Of a stretch of 64,000 nucleotides of DNA, positions 53,081 to 63,300 are shown piece after piece. Below the pieces are notes generated by a model that was not told the origin of the DNA, made no database searches, and worked only from the letters and a program-made list of their open reading frames with translations. A program made the translations under genes and the position numbers. Origin of the DNA: an uncultured Chloroflexia bacterium (GTDB lineage Bacteria > Chloroflexota > Limnocylindria > Limnocylindrales > CSP1-4); NCBI GenBank assembly GCA_963812745.1, contig CAWEWE010000002.1, positions 11,277 to 75,276 of the forward strand, written 5' to 3'. Positions within the stretch are counted from its first letter, which is position 1; each line of letters begins with the position of its first letter.

Positions 53081-53929
53081 TCAGCCGCCGAGTCGCCAGG
53101 TCGCTGCCGACAGGTTGAGGTTGCCGATCGCCGATCGCCAGTACTTCCCGGCCTGGGGCGGATCGGAATGGGCCCTGGCCCACGTGGTTCGGGTCGAGTT
53201 GAAGTAGAAGTCACGCGCGCCGCTCGCGCCCGGGTGCGACATCAGGACCTGGTTCATGGTCTGGTCGGTCGTGAACAGCGCGCGGACGTGATGCGACACG
53301 CTGTTGACCGCCTCGGCGAACACGACCCTGGCGCCTGCGCGCAGGAATCCGGCGCCGTAGTTGTCGATGCGCTTGATCGCGGTGGACTTGGTCGGGTTGG
53401 ACCAACCCCATTCCGAGTTGCCCGAGGCGTAGCACAGCCGGTTGAGGATCACGACCGCGTTGCGAGCCATCTGGATATCGCGGTCGATGTAGTACTCGCC
53501 CCAATACTTGACGTTAGAGTTGCCGGCCCCATACGTGGCGTTGAGGCCCATGCCGTCCTTCGTGTAGCGCTGGAACGCACCGTACGGGCTGGGATAGCCA
53601 TTGCCGTGACCGAGATAGATCAGGAGATTGGCGCCCTGGGCCGCGGCCTTGACCCGACTCCAGGTCGCGTATGGGCTGTAGATCTCTTTGACGGAGGCGC
53701 CGTACGTTCGGGCGAGCTTGGCGTAGACCCGGGCGCTGTCACGGTACTTGGCGGTGCTCGAGCCGGCCGGCCCGACGACCACCACGACCTTCATGGTCGC
53801 CGCGTGCGTCACCTTGGGCGTCGCCAGGACGCCGAGGCTGCCAGCGAAGGCAGCGAGGAGCGCCACGACGATGAAGCGTCGTGATCTGCTGATGGACGCC
53901 CGCTGGGCGCCGTAGTGGTGAACCGGCAA
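53081..53929 (-). CDS. Secreted hypothetical protein with caspase/gingipain-like (clan CD) His and Cys motifs
   Basis: TTG 53929 with RBS GAGGAGG. Signal peptide ...LATPKVTHA-A. The beta-alpha-beta start KVVVVVG is followed by LLIYLGHGNG and VVILNRLCYASG. Confidence 0.6.
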   Translation of the reverse strand: MPVHHYGAQRASISRSRRFIVVALLAAFAGSLGVLATPKVTHAATMKVVVVVGPAGSSTAKYRDSARVYAKLARTYGASVKEIYSPYATWSRVKAAAQGANLLIYLGHGNGYPSPYGAFQRYTKDGMGLNATYGAGNSNVKYWGEYYIDRDIQMARNAVVILNRLCYASGNSEWGWSNPTKSTAIKRIDNYGAGFLRAGARVVFAEAVNSVSHHVRALFTTDQTMNQVLMSHPGASGARDFYFNSTRTTWARAHSDPPQAGKYWRSAIGNLNLSAATWRLGG

Positions 53930-54472
53930 TGTCCTTGCCTCCTCTCTCCCGGAACAACGCGTGGGGACGCGCTGACGGAGGTACGTGCCGCCGCGGCAGT
54001 GGAGCAAGGTGCGCGAAGCGCGCATGAGGCCGAGCGCGTCGGGCCGCGGTGAGCGCGGACGGCGCAAGCCTCGGACCGGGTGAGCCGGAGCGAGGGTTGT
54101 CGAGTACCGAGATACCCGACGGATGACAGGGTTCCTGCCGTGGGGGGCGGCGAGTCTTCTGTTAGGCCTGTCTATCGGGGATGGCGCGTGGGGGTCGTGC
54201 GGGAGTATGGCAGCGGGTCTGCCTGGCTGTCCCCCGCCAGAGGTCCCATATCGACCCTGACGGGGGGTTCCCGAGACGCTTTGCGGTGCCCGCGCGCACC
54301 GCCAGCGCCCACCACGTCCCTCGGAACCATGTCGCACGAGCCATCCCGGCCACTGTCATGCCGTGGTTTCCGCTATGCTCCGAGCGGCCGACGGGCGGCT
54401 GCGCGATCGCGCGCACGGCCGGCGCCGCCGTCGCGCTCCCGCGGATCCCCGCCTCGCGACGGCCTCGGATCC

Positions 54473-55786
54473 ATGCAGGAGCACCATTTGACCTTCGACT
54501 CGCTCGGCCTCTCGGCCGATCTCCTCCAGACCGTCGCCGCGGAGGGCTATACCACTCCGACGCCGGTCCAGGCAGCTGCCATCCCCATCGTCCTCCAGGG
54601 CCGCGACGTCCTCGCGGCCGCCCAGACGGGCACCGGCAAGACCGCGGCGTTCACGCTGCCGATCCTCGACCGACTGCGCGGGCACGCCAACGACTCGTTC
54701 TCGCCGGCCCGACACCCGGTCCGCGTGCTGATCCTCGTGCCCACGCGCGAGCTCGCGATGCAGGTCGACGAGTCCGTGCGGACGTACGGGCGCACCGTCC
54801 CGTTGCGCTCCGCGGTCGTCTACGGCGGCATCCCGATGGAACCGCAGATCAAGGCGCTCCGAGCCGGGGTCGAGATCCTGACTGCCACGCCGGGCCGCCT
54901 GCTCGACCTGGTCGGGCAGCGCGTCGCCAACCTCGGCCAGGTCGAGGTGCTGGTCCTCGACGAGGCGGACCGCATGCTCGACATGGGGTTCATGCCCGAC
55001 ATCCAGCGCATCCTCGAGCTGCTGCCCAAGCAGCGCCAGAACCTGATGTTCTCCGCCACGTTCTCGGATGACATCCGCCGGCTGTCCGGCACGATCCTGC
55101 GAAACCCGGAGACCGTCGAGGTCGCGCCCCGCAACACGACCGTCGAGGGCATCAAGCAACTCGTCTACCCCGTCGATCGCGACCGCAAGGAAGAGCTGCT
55201 CGCCCACCTCATCCGCGCCGACGACCTCCACCAGGTGCTGGTCTTCACGCGCACCAAGCTCGCCGCGTCTCGACTCGCGTCACGGCTCGATCGCGACGGC
55301 ATCGACGCCGTCGCCATCCACAGCGACCGCTCGCAGCCGGAACGGACGCGCGCCCTCGAGGGCTTCAAGTCGGGCGACATCCGGGTCCTCGTCGCGACCG
55401 ACGTCGCGGCCCGCGGCCTCGACATCGAGGACCTGCCGGTCGTCGTCAACTTCGAGCTGCCGTGGAACCCGCAGGACTACATCCATCGGATCGGCCGGAC
55501 GGGCCGAGCGGGCGCGTCAGGCGAGGCGATCAGCCTCGTGTGCATCGACGAGGTCGACCTGCTGCGCGGCATCCAGCGGATGCTTCGACGTGCGATCCCG
55601 TGGACGGTCGAGGACGGGTTCGTGCCCGATCGCTCCGCGGAACCGCGGCCGCTCGGGATGCGCGCCGGCCACGCCCGTGTCGGGCGCGAGCACCATGCGC
55701 ATCGAAAGCCGGTGCGGCGGCGGTCTGGTGGCCCGGCGCGCGAGGGCCGGCGGCCCGAGCGATCCGGGCAGGCGCGAGGCCGCTAG
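54473..55786 (+). CDS. DEAD-box ATP-dependent RNA helicase (RhlE-like)
   Basis: Q motif TPTPVQ, AQTGTGKT, PTRELA, TPGRL, DEAD, SAT, ARGLD, HRIGRTGRAG, and a basic C-terminal tail. Confidence 0.93.
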   Translation: MQEHHLTFDSLGLSADLLQTVAAEGYTTPTPVQAAAIPIVLQGRDVLAAAQTGTGKTAAFTLPILDRLRGHANDSFSPARHPVRVLILVPTRELAMQVDESVRTYGRTVPLRSAVVYGGIPMEPQIKALRAGVEILTATPGRLLDLVGQRVANLGQVEVLVLDEADRMLDMGFMPDIQRILELLPKQRQNLMFSATFSDDIRRLSGTILRNPETVEVAPRNTTVEGIKQLVYPVDRDRKEELLAHLIRADDLHQVLVFTRTKLAASRLASRLDRDGIDAVAIHSDRSQPERTRALEGFKSGDIRVLVATDVAARGLDIEDLPVVVNFELPWNPQDYIHRIGRTGRAGASGEAISLVCIDEVDLLRGIQRMLRRAIPWTVEDGFVPDRSAEPRPLGMRAGHARVGREHHAHRKPVRRRSGGPAREGRRPERSGQARGR

Positions 55787-55787
55787 C

Positions 55788-56294
55788 TCAGACCGCGCCG
55801 GTCTCCGCCACGTCGGCCTGCACGATGGTGGCACCCGGGAAGAAGAAGCCGAGCATCAGGTCGCAGGCCACGCTCTCGACGACGTAGCGATTCACCAGCG
55901 CGTGGTGGCCGGCCGGCGTGAGCGGCGCCGCGCCCGCGACATCCGTGCGGAGGCCGATCGACACGTCCTTGAGCATCACGAACTCACCGCTCGGGCGGGT
56001 CAGGGCACGACCCGGGTCGAAGCCGGGCATGGTGGGCATCTCCCCTTCGATCGTGTAGGGCCCCATGTCGAGCCGGATGCCGTGCCACGTGGCGTGGACC
56101 GGGATCACCGGCTCGTCATTCGCCACGGCGATCAGGACGTCGTCGATGGGGATGCGCATCGCGCTGGTGGGTCCAGCCTGCCCGTCGAGCGGCTGCCACT
56201 GGACCTGCTCGAGGACCAGGACGCCGTCGTGCTCGAGCACCTCGCGCAGGGTGCCGGCGCGCGCGAGCACACCGCTGGCCATGCCCCCTGTCAT
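55788..56294 (-). CDS. Hypothetical protein
   Basis: 168 aa with normal composition. It is the real tail of the spurious 992-aa track ORF. Alternative ATG 56282. Confidence 0.5.
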   Translation of the reverse strand: MTGGMASGVLARAGTLREVLEHDGVLVLEQVQWQPLDGQAGPTSAMRIPIDDVLIAVANDEPVIPVHATWHGIRLDMGPYTIEGEMPTMPGFDPGRALTRPSGEFVMLKDVSIGLRTDVAGAAPLTPAGHHALVNRYVVESVACDLMLGFFFPGATIVQADVAETGAV

Positions 56295-56437
56295 GTATGC
56301 ATCGACGCGAATCGACAACTGCGTCCCCCGAGAACGTGGGCCAACCCTGGGGCTATCACGCGCGCGCGACAAGTAGTCCTTGGGTACCACTCCGGCCGAT
56401 CCGGTGGTCAGAAGCGTGCCGTGCGTGAGCGCGACGG

Positions 56438-57835
56438 TCAGCGCCGCACGCGACAGCGGCAGGGTTCGTCGACTGGCGTGAGCGCGAGTCGGAGGAGCGA
56501 GCGAACGATCGACGCCGGGTCCGTCCGGCTCTGGTTTGTCAGGACCGCGATCGACACGCCCTGGTCGGGCAGATAGCGGACAGCCGCCCGGAACCCGAGC
56601 AGCCGCCCCGAATGCCCGACCGTCGGACGACCGTCGATCTCGAGCACCTGGACGCCGTAGCCGTACGGGATGGCCGACTTCACGGCTTTCGTCGCCGCGA
56701 CGTTCGTCATCGCCTCGCGGTACCGCGGGGCCAGCACGTCGCCGCCGTACAACGCCTGTGCCCAGCGGGCGAGGTCGCGGGCATTCGCGGCGAATCCGCC
56801 GGCGCCGCCGGCGGCCGTGACGACCGACGTGAACGGCACGAGCGGCGTGCCGTCCGACAGGTCGATGGCGGGGGCCGCCTTGGCCGTCGATGCGAAGCGG
56901 TAGCCGTGCGCGACGTCCGCCGGGGCGTCGTCCTCGGGCTGGTACCACGTGTGCTCGAGATGCAGCGGCTCGAGGAAGCGCGTCCTGACCTGGTCGGCGA
57001 GCGGTGCCTCGCCCACGGCTTCGGCCAGCATCCCGAGGACGAGGTAGTTCGTGTTCGAGTAGGCCCACCCCTTGCCGGGCTCGAAGTAGGACTTGCCGAC
57101 GTACTTCAGCGCGGCTGCGGCGTCCCAGCGCCGTTCCGGGCGGGTCAGCAGCAGCCGGTCGATCGACGGGTGGAAGAAGTAATCGCGCAGGCCACTCGTG
57201 TGGTCGAGCAGGTGACGGACCTTCACCTTGACCGAGACCTTCTTGAGGTCGGGCAGGTAGCGGCGCACGGGCGCCTCGAGGTCGATGCGTCCGTCCTCGG
57301 CCAGGGCCAGGATCAAGGCCGCCGTGAACGTCTTGCTGACGCTCGCGATCGCGAAGCTGGTCGAGCGAGTGACTGGCGTATTGGTCCTGACATCGGCCAT
57401 GCCGCTGACGCCGCTCCAGGTCGCGCCGTCGGGCAGGACGATGGCGACCGAGATCCCCGGGATCGCGTACCGCTCGCGGATGCGGTCCAGGCGGGCCTGG
57501 AGGGCGAGCCGCGTGGCCGGCGCCAGGCGTGGCCGGGTGATCGGCTGCGGTTGCTCGACGACCGGTGGCGTGCCCGCCTCGGGTCCCGGGACCGCGGTGG
57601 AGGGTGCCGGCGAGCCGCTGGTCGCGACGGGTGAGGGTGCGGCGCTTGGAGCGCCACTCGCCGAGGGCGACGACGGCGCGGCGGCGAGGACGTGGGGGGC
57701 ACTGATCCGGCCGGCGGCGGGCGGCGCCGACAGTATCGGCCCGACGATGACGGTGCCGATGGCTGCAGCGAAGGCGATCGGGACGATCAGAAGGGTCTGC
57801 CGAGCCCCCGCCCGGCGCGACCGGGACGCGGCCAT
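56438..57835 (-). CDS. Serine hydrolase (class C beta-lactamase / D-Ala-D-Ala carboxypeptidase-like), membrane anchored
   Basis: 465 aa from ATG 57835. N-terminal TM, Pro/Ala/Ser linker, SxxK (ASVSKTF), YxN (YSNTNY), and HSGRLLGF. Confidence 0.85.
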   Translation of the reverse strand: MAASRSRRAGARQTLLIVPIAFAAAIGTVIVGPILSAPPAAGRISAPHVLAAAPSSPSASGAPSAAPSPVATSGSPAPSTAVPGPEAGTPPVVEQPQPITRPRLAPATRLALQARLDRIRERYAIPGISVAIVLPDGATWSGVSGMADVRTNTPVTRSTSFAIASVSKTFTAALILALAEDGRIDLEAPVRRYLPDLKKVSVKVKVRHLLDHTSGLRDYFFHPSIDRLLLTRPERRWDAAAALKYVGKSYFEPGKGWAYSNTNYLVLGMLAEAVGEAPLADQVRTRFLEPLHLEHTWYQPEDDAPADVAHGYRFASTAKAAPAIDLSDGTPLVPFTSVVTAAGGAGGFAANARDLARWAQALYGGDVLAPRYREAMTNVAATKAVKSAIPYGYGVQVLEIDGRPTVGHSGRLLGFRAAVRYLPDQGVSIAVLTNQSRTDPASIVRSLLRLALTPVDEPCRCRVRR

Positions 57836-57906
57836 GCAGCGGGCACGATACCGCGGAGCCCCGACCGGTACCATCCCCGGGTGCCCCGCTCCCCTGCCCC
57901 ACGGTC

Positions 57907-59115
57907 GTGAATGCCTCGACGCTCCTCCGGGAGGTCGGGTTACTGCCCGACGGTCCCGTGGTGTGGGGCCGTCCGGTCCCGGCGCGATCGGGGGGCGTCT
58001 TCGTGGTCGAGTCGACGGCGCCGTTGCCACGAGCGCCCATCGAGCTGACGCGGGTCGGCAAGTGGATCGAGCGGGTGCCGACATTGACGCTCGATGGGCA
58101 ACGACCGACCTCGCGCGCGCTCGCGGCACGCCTGGCGTCGTTCTGGCTGCCGTCCCAGGACGTGCTGTACGTCGGCTCGGCGACGACCTCGGTCGGCAGG
58201 CGCATCGCGGCGATGCAGGAGACGGTGCTCGGCGATCGGCGGCCGTATCCCGGCGGGCATTGGCTCCATACGTTCCGATCGTCTGCGTCGATGCGCGTGT
58301 GGTGGGCCGAGACGGACGCGCCCGAGGAGTACGAGGACGCGTTGTTCGGCGCATTCGCCGCGGGCATCCCGGAGGACGAGCTGGCTGCGCTCCCGGATCG
58401 GGCGGTGGTGCTGCCCTTCGCGAACCTGCGGCGGCCGACCGGCGAGCGTCGGAGCACCGGTCTTGCCGGGTCGTTGCTCCCGGATACGCGTGAGGCACCG
58501 CCACCGCCGACCCATGTCGTCGTCGTGCCCGACGGGGATGCCGAGGGCGCTCGTGGCGAGCCGCCCGAGCAGAAGGGGCGGTCGCGGGCCGGCACCGGGC
58601 GGGCACGCGCCGGAGCGGTCAGCTCGACGGCCCGCTCTGGGCCCGCGGCTGCCGCAACGCCCGACGCGCGGCTGACCGCGAGCGGCGCGGCGCGCATGCG
58701 CGCCGAGTTGACCGAGCTCACCGAGCGACGGCGCCCCGAGGTCGTCGGTCGGATCCGCGCCGCCAAGGAGCTCGGCGACCTGAAGGAGAACGCCGACTAC
58801 ACCGCGGCTCGTGAGGAGCAGTCGTTCCTGGAGGGGCGCATCCAGGCCCTCGAGGCGCGCCTGCGCGACGCGGTCATCGCCGAGGTGCCGGTGGTCGGCG
58901 CCGGGGCGGACATCGGGTCGACCGTGACGGTCGAGGTCGACGGAGCGGAAGTCACCTACACGCTCGTCGGGTCATCCGAGTCGGACCCGGGTGCGGGTCG
59001 GCTGTCGGCGGTGTCGCCGGTCGGGCGCGGCCTGGTCGGCGCCAAGGCCGGTGACGACGTCACGATCCAGACACCGCGCGGGAGCGTGACCTACCGGGTG
59101 GTGTCGGTCGAGTAG
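57907..59115 (+). CDS. GreA-type transcript cleavage factor fused to a ~245-aa N-terminal domain of unknown function (GIY-YIG-like motifs)
   Basis: The C-terminal ~155 aa reads LTASGAARMRAELTELTERRRPEVVGRIRAAKELGDLKENADYTAAREEQSFLEGRIQALEARL, then GSTVTVE...YTLVGSSESDP..GRLSAVSPVGRGLVGAKAGDDV. This is GreA N- plus C-domains. The N-terminal part has GGVFVV...VLYVGSATTSVGRRI...EEYEDAL. Confidence 0.8.
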   Translation: MNASTLLREVGLLPDGPVVWGRPVPARSGGVFVVESTAPLPRAPIELTRVGKWIERVPTLTLDGQRPTSRALAARLASFWLPSQDVLYVGSATTSVGRRIAAMQETVLGDRRPYPGGHWLHTFRSSASMRVWWAETDAPEEYEDALFGAFAAGIPEDELAALPDRAVVLPFANLRRPTGERRSTGLAGSLLPDTREAPPPPTHVVVVPDGDAEGARGEPPEQKGRSRAGTGRARAGAVSSTARSGPAAAATPDARLTASGAARMRAELTELTERRRPEVVGRIRAAKELGDLKENADYTAAREEQSFLEGRIQALEARLRDAVIAEVPVVGAGADIGSTVTVEVDGAEVTYTLVGSSESDPGAGRLSAVSPVGRGLVGAKAGDDVTIQTPRGSVTYRVVSVE

Positions 59116-59118
59116 GCC

Positions 59119-59847
59119 CTAGACCAGCTTGTGCTCGACCGCGTAGAGGGCGGCCTGGGTGCGTGACGCGAGGCCGAGCTTGCCGAGGATGTTCGACACG
59201 TAGGTCCGCGCGGTCCGCTCGGTGATGAACAGCTCGGTGCCGATCTCCTTGTTGCTCATCCCCTGCCCGAGCAGGCGCAGGACGTCCTTCTCGCGCTCGG
59301 TGAGCGGCTCGGTCAACTCGTCCTCCGGCGACTTCTTGGCACGCATGCGCTGTGCCAGCAGGCGCGCGACCGCCGGGTCCAGGTGGACCTCACCGGCGAA
59401 CGCGGCGCGGACGGCCGCGGCGACTTCCTCGGCCTCGGCATCCTTGAGGACGTAGCCGGACGCGCCGGCCTCGAGCGCCGAAGTGACCTTCTCCTCCTCG
59501 ATGAACGAGGTCATCGTCACGATCTCGGTCTCGGGTCGCTCGGCCTTGATGCGGCCGATGGCCGTGATGCCATCCATGTTCGGCATCAGGAGGTCCATCA
59601 GCACGACGTCCGGCTCGAGCCGGCGGGCCATCGCGACGCCTTCGGAGCCGTCGGCGGCCTCGCCGATCACCTCGATATCCGACTGCAGGTCGAAGAACAT
59701 CTTGAGTCCCATCCGGACGACCGCGTGGTCGTCGACGATCAGGACGCGGATCGGCGAGGGATCGGTCACATCGGCTCCTGGCGCAGCAGCGGCGCCGGTC
59801 GTGGACGTCGGCACGGGATCGAGCGTGGGCGTGGTCGAGTCTAGCAA
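59119..59847 (-). CDS. NarL/FixJ-family response regulator (REC + LuxR HTH)
   Basis: RVLIVDDH...VVLMDLLMPNMDG... and the C-terminal LTEREKDVLRLLGQGMSNKEIGTELFITERTARTYVSNILGKLG. TTG 59847 with RBS GGAGGA; alternative GTG 59769. Confidence 0.9.
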   Translation of the reverse strand: MLDSTTPTLDPVPTSTTGAAAAPGADVTDPSPIRVLIVDDHAVVRMGLKMFFDLQSDIEVIGEAADGSEGVAMARRLEPDVVLMDLLMPNMDGITAIGRIKAERPETEIVTMTSFIEEEKVTSALEAGASGYVLKDAEAEEVAAAVRAAFAGEVHLDPAVARLLAQRMRAKKSPEDELTEPLTEREKDVLRLLGQGMSNKEIGTELFITERTARTYVSNILGKLGLASRTQAALYAVEHKLV

Positions 59848-59873
59848 AGGACCATCCTCCGGCTTGGACTGCG

Positions 59874-60293
59874 TCAGGCGGTTTCTGATGCGGGGGTATC
59901 GAGCACCCGTCCGGCGGTCAGCACCGCGGCGACGAGCTCGCTCGGTCGGAAGGTCTTGCGGACGAAGCCGTCGGCGCCGCTCTCGAGCACGCCGGCCTCG
60001 AGCGTGTCCGACCAGCTCATCGCGAGGATGCGCACGGCGGGGAGATCCGCCCGCAGCCGGGCGATGAAGGCCATGCCGCCGTCGACCTCCGGGAGACGGG
60101 GATCGACGATGACGACGTCAGGCTGGTGGTCGATGGCGAGTTCGAGCGCCGGACCGACCTGGCCGGCACTGGCGACGACCATACAGCGGCCGCCGATGGC
60201 AAGGAGTCCGGTCAGGCTTTCTCGCACCCGGTCATCGGCATCGACGACCAGGACGCGGAGCGGGCCGTCGTACCGGGGACTGGTTGGGGACAT
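59874..60293 (-). CDS. Single-domain (CheY-like) response regulator
   Basis: 139 aa. RVLVVDADD...DVVIVDPRLPEVDG...GADGFVRKTF. Confidence 0.8.
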   Translation of the reverse strand: MSPTSPRYDGPLRVLVVDADDRVRESLTGLLAIGGRCMVVASAGQVGPALELAIDHQPDVVIVDPRLPEVDGGMAFIARLRADLPAVRILAMSWSDTLEAGVLESGADGFVRKTFRPSELVAAVLTAGRVLDTPASETA

Positions 60294-60378
60294 GGCCCCA
60301 TCGTGGGGCGTGCCCGGCGGCGTGCGAAGCGACCTCCGGCTAGGCATCGCCTCGGCGGAACGACGAGGTGCCCCTACG

Positions 60379-63300
60379 TCATCCGTCGCGGATCGACGTG
60401 ACCTCGTCCGGGGCCGTGACGCGCGGGACGCTGGTCGAGGCGGCCAGCCGCTCGAGCACGGACGCGTCCATGGTGACCTCGACGGTCGTGCCCGCGCCGA
60501 TCTCGCTCGTGCACGAGAACCGGGCCCCGACGCGCTCTGAGCGCGCCCGCATCCCGGCGAGGCCGAGGTGCCCCTCGGGCACGCGCTGGACATCGAACCC
60601 CTTGCCGTCATCCTCGACGCGGAGCCGGACGCCACCGTCGAGCCGGCGGACCTCGACACGCACCCGGTGCGCCGCGGCGTGCTTGACCACGTTGTGGAGC
60701 GCCTCCTGCGCGATGCGGTACAGGACTTCCTCGGCCGGCAGCGGCAGGCGCTCAGGGAGCTCGCTGTCCACGACGATCGGCAGGCCGAGTCGGCCCTGGA
60801 GCGCCGCGGCATGCGTCTTGAGCGCGCGCGACAGGCCGTCCTGCTCGAGGTTGCCCGGGCGCAGCTCGAAGATCAGTGCGCGCATCTCCGCCAACGCCTC
60901 GCGTTGGAGCTCGCGGAGCTGGGTCAGCTGCTCCCGCGCGGCTTCGGGGTCGCGGTCGAGCAGCATCTCGACGGATCGCGTCACCAGGGTCATCGAGAAC
61001 AGGGCCTGGGTGACCGAGTCGTGCAGCTCGCGGGCGAGGTGGGCCCGCTCCTCGCCTGCGGCGAGCTCCCCGGCCTGCCGGCGGAGCTCGTTCTCGAGGC
61101 GCACCTGGTCGCTCACGTCGCGCGTGGCGCCCTGGATGCCGGCGAAGGCGTCGCCGTCGGTGATACCGATCGCCCGGACGTCGACCGGCACGTGCCGCCC
61201 GTCGACGCCGCGCAGGACGAGCGCCGCCTGCTGCTCGCGGTCGGGATGCGCGACGAGCTCGGCCCAGCGGTTGCCGGCCAGCGGGATCGTGGTCTGGTCG
61301 ACGAGGACCGAGAAGTGCTGCCCGATCACGTCCTCGGCGCGGTGCCCGGTCACGCGCGCGATGGCATCGGACAGGAACGTGAACCGGCCCTCGGAGTCGG
61401 TCGAGAACACGATGTCCGGCGAGTTCTGGACGAGGAACCGGAAGCGCTCCTCGGACGCCCGCAGCTCGCGCTCGAGCCGGTCGTGGTCGCGCATGTCGCG
61501 CACGGAGCCGTTGGCGCCGGCGAACCGGCCAGTGTCGTCGAGCGTCGCGATCGCGATGAACTCGGCGGGCACGGCCGAGCCGTCGCGGTGCCGCAGGTTG
61601 AGCCGGCCGCGGACCTCCTGCGACGGACCGACGAGCGCCGACGTCCAGTCGATCTCGGCAACGTCGCTCGACGACTCGTGGACGAGCGCCCCGAAATGCT
61701 GGCCGAGGAGCTCCTCGGGCTGGAAGCCCGTGAGGCGTTCGACTGCTGCGGACAGGAACGTCAAGCGCGCGTCCGCGCCGATCGACCAGATGAGGTCCGG
61801 CGCGTTCTGGACCAGGTAGCGGTAGCGTTCCTCCGAGGCGCGCAGGTCGCGCTCGAGCCGAGCGCGCTCCGACACGTCGCGGACGGTGCCCTGGGCACCC
61901 ACCCAACGGCCGTCCTCGAACACGCCGGCGGTCGTGACCTCGGCCGCGAACGTCGAGCCGTCACGTCGGACCAGCGTCAGCGGCACGCGCTCGATCAGAT
62001 CCGGATCACGGCTCACGGCCTTGTACGCCACGACCGCGATCGGCATCGAATCGGGGTCGGTCAGGAAGGCGAAGTGCTCGCCGACGATGCGGTCGACCGG
62101 CCAGCCGAAGAGCACCTCGGCCGCATCGGCCATGAACGTGAAGATGCCCTCGGTGTCGGCTCGCCAGATGACGTCCGGCGTGGTCTGCACGAGGCCGCGG
62201 AACCGCGCCTCCTCCTGCGTCACCCGCGCCAACAGGTTCGAGTTCGTGAGGGCGATCGCGGCCTGATCGGCGAGGCCCTGGAGCAGGTCGAGATCGTCGG
62301 CCTCGAAGGCGCGCGGCTGCGCGGTCGAGATGGCGAGCGTGCCGATGACCTCGCCGCCCGGCGCACGCAACGGGGCGGCGGCCATGCCGACCAACCCCAT
62401 CCTGCGGGCCACTGCCTGGTCGTCCGGCTCGTGCGGGATGCGCGGATCCGCAAGATAGTCCGACGTCCACACCGCCACGCCACCCTGGGCCGCCAGGCCG
62501 TTGATCCCGCCACCGAGCGGGAAGCGCATGCCGAGCAGCCACGCGCGCGTCTCCACGTCGGCGCCGCCGGCAACTACCACCGGGATGAGGTAGCCGCCGT
62601 CGGGCGCCATGCGGGTCAGGTGCGCGCCGTCGGTCTCGAGCAGGCGCTTGGCGTCCTCGACCACGCGCTCGAGGACCTCGTCGGGGTCCCGCAGCGCGGC
62701 GATCCTGGCGGTGATGTCGCGCAGCGAGCGCTCGGTCTCGGCCCGACGCGCAAGGGCCAGCTTGGACCGCTCGAGCTCCTCGATGAGCCGGGCGTTGGTG
62801 ATCGCGATGGCAGCCTGCTCCGCGAGGCCAGCCAGCACGGCTCCGTCCAACTCGTCGAAGGCGTCGGGCTGGTGGCTGATGACCTCGATCGCACCGAGCG
62901 GACCGGCCTCGCCGATGATCGGCACGGCGAGCAGGTCGCGCACCCGAGCCAGCTCGGCGAGCGAGTCGGTCAGGTCGTCGTGCTCGATCTCGGCCGAGCT
63001 GTAATCGCCGACGTGGACCGCCCGTCGCTCGGCCACTGCCTTGCCAGCGGCGCCCTTCCCGAGGCGCAGGCTGTTGAGCTTGAGCGCCTCGCGCTGTGCG
63101 TCCGGCAGCCCGGCGTCGTAGGCCCACCGCAGCGTGCCCCGTTCAGGGTCGTACTGGTCGATGACGGCACCGTCGGCGCGAAGCAGGCGGCGTGCCTCGT
63201 CGACCACGTCCTGGAGGACCTCGTCGGGCTCGCGGAGGGCGTTGATCCGGGCAGCGATCTGGCGCAGGCTCTGTTCGGCCTCGGCCCGCCGTTCGACGTC

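Noticed and set aside
55788-58766. 992-aa and 722-aa minus-strand ORFs (55788..58766, 56438..58606)
   Set aside because: These are composite shadow ORFs. Only the C-terminal 168 aa (55788-56294) and 465 aa (56438-57835) have protein-like composition and motifs. The upstream parts are antisense to the GreA-fusion gene.
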